From Planctomycetota bacterium (lineage in GTDB: Bacteria; Planctomycetota; B15-G4), in assembly GCA_965248575.1 (NCBI GenBank), contig CBDFJQ010000002.1, positions 1,248,001 through 1,312,000 of the forward strand: a stretch of DNA of 64,000 nucleotides, read 5' to 3'. Under the pieces are notes generated by a model that searched no databases, was not told the origin of the DNA, and saw only the letters and a list, made by a program, of their open reading frames with translations. A program made the position numbers and the translations under genes. Shown piece by piece: positions 61,801 through 64,000 of the stretch (the stretch's first letter is position 1; every line of letters starts with the position of its first letter).

Positions 61801-62391
61801 GGCCTGGACCAGCAGGGCATTCAAGAGGCTGCCTGGGGCCTTCCGGATTTCTTCTCTCCACGCACGGCCTGGTCCCTGCTGCGCATGGCGCTCTACTACG
61901 AGAACGGACAACCCGATGCCCTCTTGCGTGAAGCGGACCTCCAGCTGCTGCGTGACGGGCACAACGGATTGGCTCTTTGGGCACGCCTCGACGCCCTCGA
62001 GGGTCTCGGACAGTGGAACAACCTGCGCGACACCATGCGCGACCTGGCGGAGCAGTTTGCAGTTCAGTACTCCGTGGAAGAGGTGTACCGCCAAGCCGTG
62101 ATCTCCGGAGCCTCCCGGGCCCACGACCCCGACGCGTGGTTCGAGATCGCCATCCTCAATCTGCTTCGGGGCCGCTATCAGGAAGCGGCAGACATGTTCG
62201 GCAACGCCCTTGAACGCACCGAGGGAGCTCCCCATGCGGCAGCCCATCTCCTGGGTTGGCAGGCACGGGCGACCTACCTCGCGGACAGCCCGCGAGCCCG
62301 TCGTGCTGCGCGTGCCCTGTTGCAGCAGGGCCTCGAACAGGTGCCCGATTGCGGAATGCTCCGGGCACGCTTGGAGGGCCTGCCGGAATGA
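58876..62391 (+). CDS. O-antigen ligase/O-OTase-like (Wzy_C) membrane protein with C-terminal TPR region
   Basis: Many TMs; HPN, SRTG, R..WW...NPLLGIGPG, HPHN motifs; long helical repeat tail; start probably ATG 58876. Confidence 0.85.
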   Translation: MLVFRVGKVMALWGSVLVLSTHAYFRSVAASTIDSRLLWGLPVILGALLLGHLLALAVPSARRRRLDADQHGLSLLVAAICLEAFSHVEAHTSIRVLREEVPQILGWIYPTMVLLTPLGLKLSSSLRSAADQGLWISLSLCSLSGAVVLLSAPAALCLGFIALVMQFDDGGGRVQRSPLLLFATLVVGLLLLSSWVGLNPLHAAPSRAWILAAASTGLAIAVRPRKRADWRWILSAPLATALLIALSALLLTVYLGVQVDWLPALRTRLTVFRQHPNFLAPFLAFQSLVALGLALSERRFRLTGLACSALLAASTVMTDSRTGIGALALALLTLPILYGLARLSAKLQRRLAWATLVGAPLLLGGVLWSQQNDSGESSLLQAASKLERFDASMEYRVDAWWNSIDIIKTNPLLGIGPGTFVSVRRFQPGSRFFNEPESPHPHNVLLYVGQAAGIPAALLSLAWLLALLKVLWTGFGSGSHEAPRFLLATLIAATVGLAAASCLDLGLSLQTVLPAPIFVLTGLALGSATLHERRRREGPALLWTLPLALLMVPDGLQAIRARSDLEQAKLMWYLAGQRRGDADQLRDSSREVLAQAIQRDPDLAPAYDLLARWTENADGGFLAAKQVLEDLVQRAETYGPSLSLLGHLYMRHGMYTEASTWLERGLACSHGSVHLTRDRADVILSLARLGQRQECLEQIASALRLGSGVVDELPFVWRAEIQEYLLTLGGDPSLAPIRLSEAAEILFARNIALEEATQPVGRQFWMATYNAYRRADKDSGAADVLNYIEQHQIFDEPHTLAYERGRMKLDAEDLEGALELFETAADVAPSTSAPYFRMAATDVRRLQGKVTEAAEQTADAFAATGEILDRPMAFLESLELQSSVALAKGDAASAAQLLERTLLYEDELEARAARWERVGDLYRLAGDGKEGVRAYGEALVHLNAKPFGLPNLQLGQVRSIPGRIAQSLCSTWREMGLDQQGIQEAAWGLPDFFSPRTAWSLLRMALYYENGQPDALLREADLQLLRDGHNGLALWARLDALEGLGQWNNLRDTMRDLAEQFAVQYSVEEVYRQAVISGASRAHDPDAWFEIAILNLLRGRYQEAADMFGNALERTEGAPHAAAHLLGWQARATYLADSPRARRAARALLQQGLEQVPDCGMLRARLEGLPE

Positions 62392-64000
62392 GCAAGCGCT
62401 TCTGGGCAGGGTTGATCGTGCTGGTGTTCGCGCTGGTTCTGCGCGTCGCCTACGTTCACCAACAGCAGGAGGTCCTGGGCCTCGACGTCAACAAGCTCAC
62501 CCAGACCGACAACCACGTCTTCGCAACGTGGGCGCGAGTCATTGCCGGGGGAGACTGGCTCTGTCGAGAGCAACCCCACGCCTATCACCACTGGACCAAG
62601 GAAGTTGCGCCCGAAGGCCGCTGGCTGGAGTGGTATGGCGGGCCCGAGACCTTTCACCAGACGCCGCTGTACCCGTACTTCGTGGCGGTGGTCTACACCC
62701 TCGCCGACTTCAGCGATCTCATGGTCGCCTACGCCCAGGCGTTGTTGGGGGCCCTGGCCTGCTGGTTGACGTTTCTGTTGGGCAGCCGCGTCCTGAACCT
62801 GCGCGCGGGGCTCATCGCTGGGCTGCTCCTGGCATTCATGGGCAGCTACTACTTCTACGACGCCTTCGTGCTGCGCGACGGTCCCATGGCCTTCGTGGTG
62901 ATCCTGACCACCCTCGCGCTGGACGTCGCAACGGAACGCGGTCGAGCCCGGGACTGGGTCCTGGCCGGTGCCTCGCTGGGGCTCTTCACCCTGGCGAAAG
63001 AAACGGGCATGCCGATCCTGGCGCTGACCCTGCTCGCGATGCTCGTCGTGTGGCGCCGCCACCCCAAGCGCCTGATGCAGACGGCGAGTCTGCTGTTGCT
63101 GGGTTGGATCTTGGTCACGGCGCCGGCCTTCGCGCGCAACGTCGTGGTGGGTGCGCCGCCCACGAAGCTGAGCACCCGAGGCCCTGAGGTCTTTATCACC
63201 GGGAATGCCCATGGGCAGACGGGAGTGGGCTGGAACCCACCCATCTCGTTGCTGCGCGACCTGCTCATGGAGAGCAACTTCTCCCTGCCCAAGGCCATGG
63301 TGCTGACGGCCGGCACTCACAAGGCGGACCCCTGGGGCTTCCCGCGCCTGCTTTGGGGCAAGACGAAAGCCTTCCTCAACGCCTACGAAGTTCCCAACAA
63401 CGTGAACTTCTACCTGCATCGCTCACACCTCAGCACCCTGCGCATGGGCTTCGTGTCGATGGCGTTCCTCTCGCCCGCCATGCTGCTGGGCTTGCTATTG
63501 GGCGTCCAGGCGAGGCGCCGACTGTCGGTGGTCTACCTCATGCTCGGCGCCACCGCGGCCTCGGTGATCGCCCTCTATATCCTGGCCCGCTTCCGGCTGC
63601 AGACCCTGCCCCTGATGGCCATCTTCGCGGGGCTGAGCGTCGACTGGGCGCTCACGCGCTGGACCACCCGCCGCCGAGGCGGTCTGCTCGTCGGCCTCGC
63701 TCTCTTCGGCCTGCTGGCCTCCTGGACCTGGGGCGTCGGAGACCCCTACGGGGAAGACAGCAAGAACACGAGCATCATGTTGCAGCTTGCCAAGACGGGC
63801 AACTTCGAGAAGTCCCTGCGCTTCCGGGACCGGCTGGTGGAGGTCCTGGCACGCGACCGCGGCCTCGACCTGGAGCAGGATCACGGCGGGAAGCTCGCGG
63901 TGATCCAATCCGCCTTTGAAGACTTTGAGGTTGCCATGGCGGAACCCGAAGGCACAGCCGCCCACCACCAGGCACTGGCCGATGGCTACACCACGCTGGT
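62388..64000 (+). CDS. GT-C (ArnT/PMT_2, GT39-like) glycosyltransferase (runs off the window end)
   Basis: Hand translation from ATG 62388, overlapping the upstream stop: MSKRFWAGLIVLVFALVLRVAY...QTDNHVFATWA...FHQTPLYPYF; multiple TMs; absent from the ORF track because it has no stop. Confidence 0.85.
   Translation, partial: MSKRFWAGLIVLVFALVLRVAYVHQQQEVLGLDVNKLTQTDNHVFATWARVIAGGDWLCREQPHAYHHWTKEVAPEGRWLEWYGGPETFHQTPLYPYFVAVVYTLADFSDLMVAYAQALLGALACWLTFLLGSRVLNLRAGLIAGLLLAFMGSYYFYDAFVLRDGPMAFVVILTTLALDVATERGRARDWVLAGASLGLFTLAKETGMPILALTLLAMLVVWRRHPKRLMQTASLLLLGWILVTAPAFARNVVVGAPPTKLSTRGPEVFITGNAHGQTGVGWNPPISLLRDLLMESNFSLPKAMVLTAGTHKADPWGFPRLLWGKTKAFLNAYEVPNNVNFYLHRSHLSTLRMGFVSMAFLSPAMLLGLLLGVQARRRLSVVYLMLGATAASVIALYILARFRLQTLPLMAIFAGLSVDWALTRWTTRRRGGLLVGLALFGLLASWTWGVGDPYGEDSKNTSIMLQLAKTGNFEKSLRFRDRLVEVLARDRGLDLEQDHGGKLAVIQSAFEDFEVAMAEPEGTAAHHQALADGYTTL

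Overview
This is a high-GC bacterial chromosome segment, most likely Planctomycetota (inferred from a TIGR04138-type PVC-restricted protein, a TPR + RNAP alpha-CTD protein, and HEAT/TPR/FG-GAP expansions). It is densely packed with about 56 CDS. Most are housekeeping: glmS, uxs, accC/accB/efp, moa/mog genes, holB/tmk, ssb, prmC/prfA/rpmE, maf, rpsP/ffh/murA, ruvA, mnmG, ribD, miaB, mnmA, yajC and pepP. Envelope genes include an S41 protease, two TPR+CRTAC1 pairs, a pentaheme cytochrome and a glycosylation locus at the right end. I saw no rRNA, tRNA, CRISPR array or mobile element. The most interesting signals are non-coding: (i) a sigma54-type promoter, a ~130-nt GGA-rich hairpin RNA and a strong intrinsic terminator at 58653-58808 (candidate CsrA-titrating sRNA or attenuator of the glycosylation locus); (ii) a compact 6S-like rod RNA at 50367-50494; (iii) a long structured ssb leader with helically phased repeats. 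Unusual proteins include a catalytically degenerate DnaA paralog, histone-H1-like tails on AccB and on an apparently inactive HhH-GPD protein, and a TPR-(alpha-CTD)x2 protein coupled to ruvA. All calls come from reading motifs by eye; no searches or folding programs were run.
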